64,000 nucleotides of DNA from a virus (lineage: Duplodnaviria > Caudoviricetes): the IMG/VR virus record IMGVR_UViG_3300010885_031309. One strand, given 5' to 3'. The notes below the pieces were generated by a model. It was given only the letters and a program-made list of their open reading frames with translations. It did no database searches and was not told the origin of the DNA. The translations under genes were made by a program, and so were the position numbers. Within the stretch, counting starts at the first letter, position 1; every line of letters starts with the position of its first letter. Shown one piece after another: positions 28,905 to 38,728 of this stretch.

Positions 28905-30461
28905 TCATATTCTTCTCATTATTGAATAGCCACCAACTTTTGCCATTTCAAACCAAATTGGGCGTTTTGCAGTCGGACTCTGTACCGCTTCAGAATCTTT
29001 AATTTTTCTTATGTCTACATTTCTTGTTATTAAATCGGCTATATCGTTTATGCTTACTGAATCACGACCGCGACCAGATTCTGATTCTAAAGCTTTAGCG
29101 AATACTTTTTCCATGGCTATTATACTATCCATAGAATCATCGTCATCATCTTTTTCGTTGTATATCTTCATAATCTGTTTGTAATTTAGTTCAGCAACAT
29201 ACTTTACATCATTATAAAATCGTCTGGCAGAGTCGTTATAGTTCAAATAATCTAATTCAGAGTTGTCAGCTACTTTATCCCAGTCAATGCCTTCATCTTC
29301 AGTTTTGTATTCTGGGTTTTCATCTACAAACCCAACAATATAATCATAATAGTCATCATCAGACCTGTTCATATCTTCTATCATTGAATTTGCTGTGTCC
29401 ATTGCCATCTCGCCTATTGTTTTCCATATCTTTTCAACAACTTCTGAATCGGCGAATATAACAGCTTCTGATAGTTTTGGTTCCAATTTCAGAAATATCT
29501 CTCGTAATTCGGGAAATCTTTTCTCAAACAAGACGCTTACACTTATCGGGTCATCGTTCTCGTTCATAAACTGATTACTATTTACATGAACTTGATATTT
29601 TTCACCCTCATATGTAGGCGTCTGAGGTATGATAATATACATTGGACCCTGACGATTATAATAGTCAAACTGATTTGTTCTAGGAGGTATGTATGCTGTA
29701 CACCACTCAGTTGGTCCTCCTAACACACGACCAAAATATAATGATGCCGCTTTGTCTCGCGGATGTATGACTACTACATCACTTGCTATTTCTACGGCGG
29801 GAGCACCACTGATTAAATCATTAGTAACAGCTAATTTACCGTATACAACATCATACTCGCCCATGTTATAGGCAATGCCCTCTGGATCATTTGGGTTAAA
29901 TCTAGCTACGATAGAGTGTAATTGCTGTGCTGTTAAGCGAACAATATCTTTTGCTTCTTGTGGGAATCCACGACGACGCTTGTTTGCTTCGTATAGTACC
30001 AAATCGGCAGCGGCGTCGGTAACATCTTCTAACAATCTAATATTGTTATTAGCGTATTCTCTTAGTATCCACGGGATGTATTTACGAATGCTATGATTCG
30101 TATAAGTTTCAATATATTCAGCGATATATAGCGATGTCAGTTCATCATCAATTAGTTTTCTAAACTCTGGTTTTCTTATAATATCACTGTATCTTACATC
30201 ATTGATGTTAATAGTCAAATAGTTAACGTTTTGATTATAAACCATGAGTTTAAGATGATTCATCAATGATTGAGCATTATTAAGCCCTAATTGTATTTCT
30301 CTGAGAAAAATCAAATCGTGCGCGGCTTCTTCTCTCGCACGATTATAATCAATCATCAAAAACTTATCAGTTAATTTTTTACGAAACGCTGGATTACGCA
30401 GCGTAATCTCGCGATTGTATTCTAATAATACTTGTTCTGTGATAAATTGATATGCTCGCAT
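28905..30461 (-). CDS. WCT-motif (PcfJ-like?) putative internal protein, paralog 1
   Basis: MRAYQFITE..EYNREIT; YIPWILREY; EWCT; YNRQGPMYIIIP; EKYQVH; FMNEND; CATAAATA at 30485-30492. Confidence 0.65.
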   Translation of the reverse strand: MRAYQFITEQVLLEYNREITLRNPAFRKKLTDKFLMIDYNRAREEAAHDLIFLREIQLGLNNAQSLMNHLKLMVYNQNVNYLTININDVRYSDIIRKPEFRKLIDDELTSLYIAEYIETYTNHSIRKYIPWILREYANNNIRLLEDVTDAAADLVLYEANKRRRGFPQEAKDIVRLTAQQLHSIVARFNPNDPEGIAYNMGEYDVVYGKLAVTNDLISGAPAVEIASDVVVIHPRDKAASLYFGRVLGGPTEWCTAYIPPRTNQFDYYNRQGPMYIIIPQTPTYEGEKYQVHVNSNQFMNENDDPISVSVLFEKRFPELREIFLKLEPKLSEAVIFADSEVVEKIWKTIGEMAMDTANSMIEDMNRSDDDYYDYIVGFVDENPEYKTEDEGIDWDKVADNSELDYLNYNDSARRFYNDVKYVAELNYKQIMKIYNEKDDDDDSMDSIIAMEKVFAKALESESGRGRDSVSINDIADLITRNVDIRKIKDSEAVQSPTAKRPIWFEMAKVGGYSIMRRI

Positions 30462-30520
30462 AGACTAAATCTTAGTTGATTTAGTATTTATGCGTGATTT
30501 GCCGATACTGTAACTGTTAT

Positions 30521-30934
30521 TTAATCGCCAGCTTCCATCACTTCAAATGTAGTTGGCCATGATCCTTTAAACCCACCTGGTCCGTTTGGAGCTCTAGGAA
30601 TACCAGGCATGTTTCTGTAATGATCGTAATTTGTATTATCGCGACAGTGCGACATTAATCTTTCTGCCATGGTTTCTGCTACATCTGAGCTAGCATAAGT
30701 AGCTACCACGTGCCAGCCACCGCGATGTGCTCTCATCATTCTCTTAAAAGCACCCTGCTCAGATAATCCTAAAACTGAACGCAGTGCTTCAAGTACCACT
30801 TCAAATGGAGTAACATTGTCGTTTAGCAATACAACATTGAACCCACCTGGTTTGTCCAACTCAATTTCTTGTGGCTGTTTAACTGGTGGTCTATCAAGCA
30901 CTTCTAATTCATTGAGTAGTTTTCTAAAGTTCAT
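30521..30934 (-). CDS. clpS: ClpS-like adaptor (copy 2, divergent)
   Basis: GFNVVLLNDNVTPFEVVLEAL..V.GLS...A...M.RAH..G..VV. Confidence 0.75.
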   Translation of the reverse strand: MNFRKLLNELEVLDRPPVKQPQEIELDKPGGFNVVLLNDNVTPFEVVLEALRSVLGLSEQGAFKRMMRAHRGGWHVVATYASSDVAETMAERLMSHCRDNTNYDHYRNMPGIPRAPNGPGGFKGSWPTTFEVMEAGD

Positions 30935-30970
30935 CGCAATATTATAATAAGTCCTCACTTTGTCTACAGA

Positions 30971-31040
30971 ATGGCGTTAATGTAGAACTAGCAGCAGGCG
31001 CCATATACACACCGTGACTAAAAAGTCCTAAGGTAGGTGT
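30971..31040 (-). ncRNA. Candidate structured leader RNA downstream of a late promoter
   Basis: ACACC/GGTGT stem with inner GAC/GTC, then ATGGCG/CGCCAT stem; GATAAATA at 31047-31054. Confidence 0.35.
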
Positions 31041-31052
31041 TATTAGTATTTA

Positions 31053-31484
31053 TCAGCACCACGAAGCTTTTGCTTCTCCAAAGTAGGGACGAGCATATCC
31101 ACTGCCAATAAGCATTGATCTCAAACTGACTCCATCTATTAGAACATCCCCAAGTACGCGACCGCCATACTTGTCCCAGTCAATGATCACCACTTGAGTG
31201 CGTTTAGCATTACCAATCATTTTTTTAGTAAAAGCTGATGCTTCTAATCCCTTTTTATTTTCTGCATCACATTTGGCGCGAAATCCTTTTTCTGGAGTAT
31301 CAACTCCATAAACTCTTATAGACATTTCCTTTTTTAGTGGATTCGGCAGAAATCTTGCTTCAAAACCAACAGTATCACCATCAATTATTCTGGTGATTTT
31401 GTAGTCATATGCTACGCCTGTTTTTTCCGTTGCTGCAACAGCGAATGTCACGGTTGCAAGTAATAGTGTTATTAATAGTTTCAT
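31053..31484 (-). CDS. Thermonuclease (SNase-like) with signal peptide
   Basis: RIIDGDT, IRVYGVDTPE, DKYGGRVLGDV, GYARPY. Confidence 0.9.
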   Translation of the reverse strand: MKLLITLLLATVTFAVAATEKTGVAYDYKITRIIDGDTVGFEARFLPNPLKKEMSIRVYGVDTPEKGFRAKCDAENKKGLEASAFTKKMIGNAKRTQVVIIDWDKYGGRVLGDVLIDGVSLRSMLIGSGYARPYFGEAKASWC

Positions 31485-31497
31485 AATTATTCTTTAT

Positions 31498-32757
31498 TCA
31501 ATTAAAAGTAGCTACGTAGTCGTCTACAGCAATTTTTTCTACAACGTTACCAGTTTCTACTGTAGCGAGATAAAAGTTTAGCGAATTTTTAATCCACGTT
31601 GATATATTGCCAATGTCATTAGAATTCATATACAATGGCCATCTATCTCTAGGATATCTTCTATTATGATCAGCATAATCTCTAAATGTTTCGTACAGTA
31701 TTGCTTCGTATACATACTTTAAATCATACACCGTGTTCATACTAGAGTTATATTGCCGATTGTGTTGATCAATCACAATACGTATCTGTCTGGCTGTGGT
31801 ATACGCTGTGAACCAATCATCTAACTGTTCGCGGTAAGTTTCTAATGATACTTCATCCGTGTCTACTAATTGATCACTAAAATGCTTCAATATTAATCTA
31901 GTACCTGCACGATACAACTCGTGTAGAGTTTCATCTGGTATCAATTCAAGTTGATCTTTCAGACTATAACCCAATTTTTCAAACACTGATATTAATTGCG
32001 GGAATCTATTTTTGAATATCTTACTAATGTTTATTGGATCATCCTCTTCATCCATGAATTGACCGTCATCTACAAAGTGTAGTTGATACTTTTCGGTAGC
32101 CCGTATAGGATTCTTTGGTATTAGAATATACAGTGGACCCTGTGATGTATATTCGGTAAATTTATCTGGAAATGTAGTACACCATGCTGCCTTGTGTCCA
32201 CCATAATTTGCCCAAAATCTACTGGCTTGTAAATTTTTTGGCACAATCACAATCACGATATCATCTTCGTATACTTTGTCGTATATACCAGTTTCTTTTT
32301 GAGAAAATTTTGGTTTATAATTATTAACATACTCTTCTAAAGTTCTCCAATCTACACGACTTATGTCTTTTATTAATGGATTATCTCTGATGAAATCGCT
32401 TTGATTTTTATATTGATGATACTGCTCTAGCGTAAGTCTGACACGCGATAATACATCTTCAATGCGACGAATATTACCTTTACCGAATTCACGAGCAATC
32501 CATGGCATATATAATCCGCCGCTTTTGGTAACTGGATTGTATGTAGGATCACCTGCTTCTAAATACTTAAACAAACTGTCTAGGTAATCTTGATCGGTAT
32601 TGAGTGGTTTACCATCGGCTCCAATGTAATATCTACTATTAGGAATATTGCCCTGTTTGATACGGTTCATCAATTGCTGTCCATAATTACGAGAAGTCAC
32701 ATCGCGTCTATATTCACGCAATACCGCGTTGAATTTAATAAATTCAGTTACTCTCAT
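31498..32757 (-). CDS. WCT-motif putative internal protein, paralog 2
   Basis: EYRRDVT; DPT; YMPWIAREF; AWCT; YTSQGPLYILIP; EKYQLH; FMDEED. Confidence 0.65.
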   Translation of the reverse strand: MRVTEFIKFNAVLREYRRDVTSRNYGQQLMNRIKQGNIPNSRYYIGADGKPLNTDQDYLDSLFKYLEAGDPTYNPVTKSGGLYMPWIAREFGKGNIRRIEDVLSRVRLTLEQYHQYKNQSDFIRDNPLIKDISRVDWRTLEEYVNNYKPKFSQKETGIYDKVYEDDIVIVIVPKNLQASRFWANYGGHKAAWCTTFPDKFTEYTSQGPLYILIPKNPIRATEKYQLHFVDDGQFMDEEDDPINISKIFKNRFPQLISVFEKLGYSLKDQLELIPDETLHELYRAGTRLILKHFSDQLVDTDEVSLETYREQLDDWFTAYTTARQIRIVIDQHNRQYNSSMNTVYDLKYVYEAILYETFRDYADHNRRYPRDRWPLYMNSNDIGNISTWIKNSLNFYLATVETGNVVEKIAVDDYVATFN

Positions 32758-32761
32758 GTTA

Positions 32762-33961
32762 TCATTTCACCAACATTATGTAATAAGGCCCGATTTTAGT
32801 TTCTTCAATTACTGATCTATTGGATTCTTTATAGTAAGATTTCAAACGCTCAGGATTATTTTCGGTAATTCTACTATCATATACATGTATGTTACGCAGT
32901 AACATTTCTCTTATGTCATCAATTAGACTGTCATAATCATCATGTTTGATAGATATATATTCTGAATATAGTTCAAATACAAAATAATGTAAATTTTCAA
33001 CCATAAAGTGTTCGTATATATTATTCTCAAGAATGTCTAATTTGCGTAGAACTTCATCATCACTTAGTGATTTGATTTTATTTAACACTTGTTGCGAAAC
33101 AACGTTAAAATAATCTGGAAATTCATAAAACATGATAGTTTTGAGACATTGAATACCGTATTGGCAAATTGTTTTAGTAACTTCATGCAGTTCTTTTTTG
33201 TCAGCAAACATGGCCCATTTATCAATTCCGGGAATGCCTCGTATGAATTTTTCTATATTAGGAAATCTAGCTAAAATTTTCTCAACAGATACAAATCTGT
33301 TGCGCTCGTCCATTAACTCAAGATTTTCAACATGTAATTGATATTTTTCATTTTCATAGGCTTCACGCTGCGGTATAAAAATGTATAGAGGTCCGCGTTC
33401 GTTGTACACTTTGAATCTGTTGTTAGTATAACTGGCAGTACACCAATGTATAGAACCAAATTTTCTAGCAGCAGCTTCATTTTCTGGAACAATAACAGTA
33501 ACATCCGATGTTTTGTAAACTACCTTGTGTCTAGGCTCTTCTTTCTCTCGTTGTTGCTCTGGTAGTTTGTATTTTGCCAATGCAGTCATTAGACTTTGTA
33601 AATCTTTGAATTTATTAATATCTCTTTCTTCAGCACTTAGTAAATTAGCAGACTTCAAAGCATGAAATTTTTTAATTGCGTCAGCGGAAACACTTAGTAA
33701 GTCTTCTAGTATTATTGCGGTATTAGCATATAATCTAGCCAGCCACTGAGTATATTCTTTGTTTCTGGTTGGATCAACTTTTTCTATTTCTTCTAGTATT
33801 TTATTTACAGTTTCTACAGAGTTATTCTGTAATTTCTCTTGCGAGATTATACCTAGCGTAATTGCCGATTGGTCTCTTTTTATCTTGTCAATCAGTTTTG
33901 CTCCATAATTTTGAGCGGTAACATCTCTCCGATATTCTAGTATAAATTCGCGTGTTAACAT
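32762..33961 (-). CDS. WCT-motif putative internal protein, paralog 3
   Basis: MLTREFILEYRRDVT; DPTRNKEYTQWL; HWCT; YNERGPLYIFIP; EKYQLH. Confidence 0.65.
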   Translation of the reverse strand: MLTREFILEYRRDVTAQNYGAKLIDKIKRDQSAITLGIISQEKLQNNSVETVNKILEEIEKVDPTRNKEYTQWLARLYANTAIILEDLLSVSADAIKKFHALKSANLLSAEERDINKFKDLQSLMTALAKYKLPEQQREKEEPRHKVVYKTSDVTVIVPENEAAARKFGSIHWCTASYTNNRFKVYNERGPLYIFIPQREAYENEKYQLHVENLELMDERNRFVSVEKILARFPNIEKFIRGIPGIDKWAMFADKKELHEVTKTICQYGIQCLKTIMFYEFPDYFNVVSQQVLNKIKSLSDDEVLRKLDILENNIYEHFMVENLHYFVFELYSEYISIKHDDYDSLIDDIREMLLRNIHVYDSRITENNPERLKSYYKESNRSVIEETKIGPYYIMLVK

Positions 33962-33963
33962 GA

Positions 33964-34950
33964 TTATGATTTATTGTTAGCCCATTTTTTCTTGAGATAA
34001 TCTTGCAACTGTTTAAGATTCGCTAGACGATTTCTACTCATGAAATCATTGATAGGTATCAGTAACTGATATTCAGGATTATCAGGACTACGTGCTGCAT
34101 TGTGCATATCGTTCTGCAAACTACTGAATGTATCGCTGTAATAATTTAGATTATATCGCAGCTTGTCTGCTTTGTCACTCAACTTGTCCTTTTGTGGATC
34201 TTTGTTGATCAGTTCTATCCAGTATGCTGGACTGTTGTAATACAAATCAGTTCTTGAAGGGCGGAAATAAGGTGTAACAGCCTTACCAGACAGTAGAGTC
34301 TTTCCATACTGACTGTTCGGATCAATTCTATACTGTTCACGCTGAGACATCCATGACTGCTTGTTATCATACAAGTATACTGGAATATCTCGTGCGGCGC
34401 CTAATTCAATGATTCGACGAATTTCTGCTGCACGATATCCGCGGCGTTCTGGATCACTGTATGATGGCAATTTTTCTACTGGTCTGACGAACACGTGAAT
34501 GGCTAAGGTAGAACCACGTAGCGGTATAGCATTACTCTTACTGAATACACGATCTTCACTCTCACTAGTGCGACTAGGATCACTTGCGAACATACTACGC
34601 TTGCGCTCTGCTGGTATGTTCTTCCATTCACCTCGCTTCAACTTATTGGGTACCATTGACCAATAATCTACGGGCTTTGTTTCATAATGATTATTCAGCC
34701 AACGACCATCCAGCACAAACATTGCGCCACTGTCACCTGCTTTTTGAACGTGATAGTCGCCAACTTTACTGCGTGTAGTAGCAAGATACCAATGCTTGCC
34801 AGAAGGCATCATCTTTTCTTCAACATCCATTCCAGTGCTACTCTCTAGACTGTAATGATTGTCTGCGAGTGTTCGCACAGCATCGTGTGTGGGCATGTAA
34901 TGATACACAATGTCAGTTGCTGCTTCGGTGATGAAGTCGTTTGCTCTCAT
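33964..34950 (-). CDS. Putative internal protein (MRANDFITE)
   Basis: CTS-like N-terminus; VYHY...LATTRS...DYW...ESEDRV. Confidence 0.6.
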   Translation of the reverse strand: MRANDFITEAATDIVYHYMPTHDAVRTLADNHYSLESSTGMDVEEKMMPSGKHWYLATTRSKVGDYHVQKAGDSGAMFVLDGRWLNNHYETKPVDYWSMVPNKLKRGEWKNIPAERKRSMFASDPSRTSESEDRVFSKSNAIPLRGSTLAIHVFVRPVEKLPSYSDPERRGYRAAEIRRIIELGAARDIPVYLYDNKQSWMSQREQYRIDPNSQYGKTLLSGKAVTPYFRPSRTDLYYNSPAYWIELINKDPQKDKLSDKADKLRYNLNYYSDTFSSLQNDMHNAARSPDNPEYQLLIPINDFMSRNRLANLKQLQDYLKKKWANNKS

Positions 34951-34956
34951 TTTAAT

Positions 34957-35673
34957 TTACCAGAATTTACAGGACCAGTACCTAGCTTTGTGGCGAGGCC
35001 CAGGATTTGCACAGTTGTGTCTGGCTCTAAAACTCTTGCGACGAGCAGGATTGCTCTTCTTAATCTTCATATTCTTGTCGCCAAAATTAACTTTTACAAC
35101 ATTTCCTTTTGGATTTTTTACATACACACTGCGCTTTTTTGGACCATCTGGCGTAAGAAACGGTTTTCCTAATGACACTTTACGACCCTGATATTCATCT
35201 TCATCTAAAACCTTAAATGTACTCTTTAGTCTGTTTACTTTGCTCAGCACCATCTTCTTCAAAAACTCAGGATCATCACTATTAACATCATTGGCGCCAG
35301 CGCGAAAGCCCTTGACAAAACTATCATCTGCTGTTAAGTTGGGCGTAGTTTCGGCCGCTGTCTGAATAGCTCTGGCTACTATAGTCATATCATTTTCTCC
35401 AATGAAACTTCTTATAGTTTTGAACTTATCTCCTATTGCACGATCAACTCCGATAATGTATCCAATGCTTTCTAATCCCCCATGCCCCGCATGACGCTCT
35501 ACTTGTCGTTTAAGAAAATCAAATACATTCTCGTTTACGATCTCAATAACATATCCATCATGTGTTGTGTCACTAATAGTTGCTTCAATTAGCGTATCAC
35601 CACACTCTACTTGAAGTATGTCTCCCACAGTGGGTTCATAAGTTGTAATGTCTTTAATCATCATAATGATCAT
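34957..35673 (-). CDS. Hypothetical protein with basic Cys/Trp C-terminal domain
   Basis: KVNFGD...RRKSFRARHNC...KARYWSCKFW; AGGAG RBS. Confidence 0.65.
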   Translation of the reverse strand: MIIMMIKDITTYEPTVGDILQVECGDTLIEATISDTTHDGYVIEIVNENVFDFLKRQVERHAGHGGLESIGYIIGVDRAIGDKFKTIRSFIGENDMTIVARAIQTAAETTPNLTADDSFVKGFRAGANDVNSDDPEFLKKMVLSKVNRLKSTFKVLDEDEYQGRKVSLGKPFLTPDGPKKRSVYVKNPKGNVVKVNFGDKNMKIKKSNPARRKSFRARHNCANPGPRHKARYWSCKFW

Positions 35674-35781
35674 TCTCCTCTACTATTTAGCATAATACTA
35701 TGTATTACGCTAATCAAATATATGAGACTATATACCAAAAACTGCCAATATTAAATACTATACTGAAGTATGGGAATATTA

Positions 35782-36140
35782 TGACTGATCCTTCTAGTTA
35801 TATTACAGCAAAGCTAGCGGCAATGATAGGTGGATTCATTGGAGGGTCAACCATATTAACATTTATTAGACCTAAAACAATAGGTGAAGCATTCATGCGT
35901 GGTGGAACTAGCGTTGGCAGTTCCATGATTTTTAGTACACCTCTACTGCATGCGCTCGGGTGGCCAACTGATTGGGAAACACAATTAATGGCAGGATTCT
36001 GCATTGGGTTTGTATCCTACAGTATTCTTGGAATGGTTGCTAATTTTTTCATAAAGAAAAAGGACAACGACATAGTAGAAGTTGTTACTGATCTAAGATC
36101 AGCTATATCATCAAAAACAGATAAACCCAAATCGGAGTAA
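35782..36140 (+). CDS. Holin-like membrane protein (3 TM)
   Basis: AMIGGFIGG...; charged C-tail; function inferred only. Confidence 0.45.
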
Positions 36141-36143
36141 CAA

Positions 36144-36500
36144 ATGTTTGGTTCTATTTCGTTGTTCTTTTTTACAATACAAGGCTACGCACTATATCTT
36201 AATTTTGCGTTTTTGCTCATGGCATTTATTGGAAGTCTGTATGTGGCAATACATTCCGAAACCATTCCAAATTGGATTAGAACTCCATTATGGTATATTG
36301 GATGCTCATGTTTTATTGTAGCAATATCAATAGTGTGTGAATGGACACTTGGTCCACAGTACCTATTTTCTTATAGCAGATTTGGATTAATTGGTCAAAC
36401 AGCAGTAAACTTTTTTATAGCACTGACATCATTGATTATGTTAATTCATACTGTTTGGGTAGATATTAAACGAGCGAAGTTAAGAAGAAAAGACAAATGA
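36144..36500 (+). CDS. Membrane protein (3 TM, basic tail)
   Basis: Hydrophobic helices, C-terminal KRAKLRRKDK. Confidence 0.55.
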   Translation: MFGSISLFFFTIQGYALYLNFAFLLMAFIGSLYVAIHSETIPNWIRTPLWYIGCSCFIVAISIVCEWTLGPQYLFSYSRFGLIGQTAVNFFIALTSLIMLIHTVWVDIKRAKLRRKDK

Positions 36501-36645
36501 TATACGATATGTATTTTGATTTGTTAATGATGATGTGGCTACAGTGCTACTACACACCATTTCTAATCATTGGTGCCACTGCTTGATTTTTTAAGAATCA
36601 CGACAATCACAAACTATATATTTTTAGTCTGTGAGTAGTTCATTT

Positions 36646-36840
36646 TCATGCCCACCTCAACACTGCCCACATTCTATCTTGTGCATTGCCGATATACCAA
36701 GTATCTAGATTTTTGTGATCAAAAGAATTTGTAGGGTCGCCCGTACTTGCGCCCATGTACTCGCAAACAACGTCATTTTCCTGGCACCAGTACCAAAACT
36801 GCTCACGATATTGATATTGAATTTTAAACATTAGCTCCAT
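36646..36840 (-). CDS. 'WC...F.LRW' family small protein (copy 1)
   Basis: WYWCQEN...DRMWAVLRWA. Confidence 0.55.
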   Translation of the reverse strand: MELMFKIQYQYREQFWYWCQENDVVCEYMGASTGDPTNSFDHKNLDTWYIGNAQDRMWAVLRWA

Positions 36841-37058
36841 CTCAACACAAACAAAGTAGCATCTCGGTCATTACGAAAAGTAAAATAAATGTTTCCATAA
36901 CTTTGATCAACAGACCACAACACTTCGGGATCCCAAAATGCTCTGCTGTCAAAATATGCTCCCTTGCCGATTTGCGTTTCACACCACTTATAACGCTGAT
37001 CTGGTTGGGTAAAGTTAGATGCTATAGTTCCTAAGTTTATGGTTTTCACGACAACCAC
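36831..37058 (-). CDS. 'WC...F.LRW' family small protein (copy 2)
   Basis: KWCETQIG...FRNDRDATLFVLRWS. Confidence 0.6.
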   Translation of the reverse strand: MVVVKTINLGTIASNFTQPDQRYKWCETQIGKGAYFDSRAFWDPEVLWSVDQSYGNIYFTFRNDRDATLFVLRWS

Positions 37059-37279
37059 CTTAACGCAAACAGTGCAGCATCTTTATCGTTCTTAAAAAAC
37101 CATTGATAGGTTCCTGGATTCTTACTGCGAGTGCCTGCCCAAAATACGCACCACTTTCCGTTACGATTTCGCGTAGCAACCCAACGCTCTCCGAATTGTT
37201 CTTCGCACCACCGTTTAGCAGGCTCAACAATCTTTTTTGATGTAATGACCTGGTGTGGTAAATCTTTCACGGCAACCAC
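37046..37279 (-). CDS. 'WC...F.LRW' family small protein (copy 3)
   Basis: RWCEEQFG...FKNDKDAALFALRWL. Confidence 0.6.
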   Translation of the reverse strand: MVAVKDLPHQVITSKKIVEPAKRWCEEQFGERWVATRNRNGKWCVFWAGTRSKNPGTYQWFFKNDKDAALFALRWLS

Positions 37280-37467
37280 CTCAACGCAAAGAATACGGCA
37301 TCTTTCTCTTCACCGAAATAGTAACTAATACTGTCACAGCCTCCATGAACAGATTTCATTTTTCCGTGATGAGCCATAGCGTTAGTAATATAACTAGGAC
37401 AGTTCTCCTTAGCCCAATCTAGTGCTTGCCACACGGGATCATAAGGCAGTGTAACAACAGCACTCAT
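37267..37467 (-). CDS. 'WC...F.LRW' family small protein (copy 4)
   Basis: DWAKENC...FGEEKDAVFFALRWL. Confidence 0.6.
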   Translation of the reverse strand: MSAVVTLPYDPVWQALDWAKENCPSYITNAMAHHGKMKSVHGGCDSISYYFGEEKDAVFFALRWLP

Positions 37468-37470
37468 TTA

Positions 37471-37824
37471 TCACTTATTTTTCTTGTGTTGTTCTAACTC
37501 AGAAATTGATTTCTTTATTGTCTCTGAAAAATTCAGCGCCGCCTGCTTACTCAGTAGCATACTATGCTGCTGTTTATGAATGCCCTTGAACAATATGTTC
37601 CATGCTGCTGCTACACGATCAAGAAAATTATTAAATACGGGAGTCCATAAATTAGCATAGATGATCATTTCAATGAGTTGAGTATCATCTGCGTTTACTT
37701 CAATCCATACATCCAGTGCGTGATCCGCACTTGTACATTCACACTCAACATGATAACTTTTATAAGTGTCTGTGTCAGATGTTTGAGAAATTCCCTCTGC
37801 GGGTCGTTGATATTCTATGTCCAT
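37471..37824 (-). CDS. Hypothetical protein
   Basis: VECECTSADH motif. Confidence 0.55.
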   Translation of the reverse strand: MDIEYQRPAEGISQTSDTDTYKSYHVECECTSADHALDVWIEVNADDTQLIEMIIYANLWTPVFNNFLDRVAAAWNILFKGIHKQQHSMLLSKQAALNFSETIKKSISELEQHKKNK

Positions 37825-38675
37825 AAATGATTCCTAATCTTAATTAATCTGACCATCATCGCTTCTTCTTCGTCATTTTGCTCTTTTTCAATCTTACCGA
37901 GTAGTTCTAAAACGCGGCTAGTTTCTTCACGCTCGCTTTTGCTCTCATTGTCTGAACCTAAGATTGAAAAATCATCAGCATCTGGGTCTTCTTCTTTGAT
38001 TTTTTGACGACGATGATCACACAGCGCACTCCATCCACTTAGTTCATGTGGATCTTTGCGATTTGGATAAACTTCCTTCCACCAGATATACAATTCTAAA
38101 ATTTCTTTAGCTGCGATTGCTTGTCCGGTTTGCTCTGCTAGATGCTTTTCATCTTCATCTAACCACTCTTCGTTAGTTAGTGTAATCTCCCACTTTAGAT
38201 GTTCAAGTCCAGCTTCTGCTGAGCGCCAGTTGCGCCAGCGAAACCAACCCCAACTCCAAAATGGCACATTGTATTTTTTACGAGCTTCTTTGCTCCAAGC
38301 AATATTGCTCCAAGCTTTTTCTATTTCAACAAAATCAACAAGCTCATTGAAAAGACAAGGCAGAAAACGGTTCCCCACATCTCTCCAAGTACCAGGTTTG
38401 ATATCCTTCGGATGAGCAGTAAGACTATGAGTACGAGTAACAAAGCGATTATTAATGTAGTATTTAATATCATATAGTTTGTCTGTGGGCCACCAAATAG
38501 CGCCCTGAATTTTATCTAACGCTTCTTCTGCTAGCCAATAGCGTAGTGGATGTGTAGTTTTGGCCTGCTTATTCCACTTACGCCACCCTTCTCCAGTTTG
38601 AGCACCTGGCTTTGCAGTTCCGCGCAACCAGTTAGCAAATTTAGTGCAACTCCAATAATGTGTTCTTGATCTCAT
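37815..38675 (-). CDS. Trp-rich conserved phage hypothetical protein
   Basis: HYWSCTKFANWLRG...LIKIRNHLWT. Confidence 0.65.
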   Translation of the reverse strand: MRSRTHYWSCTKFANWLRGTAKPGAQTGEGWRKWNKQAKTTHPLRYWLAEEALDKIQGAIWWPTDKLYDIKYYINNRFVTRTHSLTAHPKDIKPGTWRDVGNRFLPCLFNELVDFVEIEKAWSNIAWSKEARKKYNVPFWSWGWFRWRNWRSAEAGLEHLKWEITLTNEEWLDEDEKHLAEQTGQAIAAKEILELYIWWKEVYPNRKDPHELSGWSALCDHRRQKIKEEDPDADDFSILGSDNESKSEREETSRVLELLGKIEKEQNDEEEAMMVRLIKIRNHLWT

Positions 38676-38728
38676 GTTTGATATTTTAATTTAAGTTTTA
38701 AAAAAAAGCAAGTGATTACTTGTCCTAA

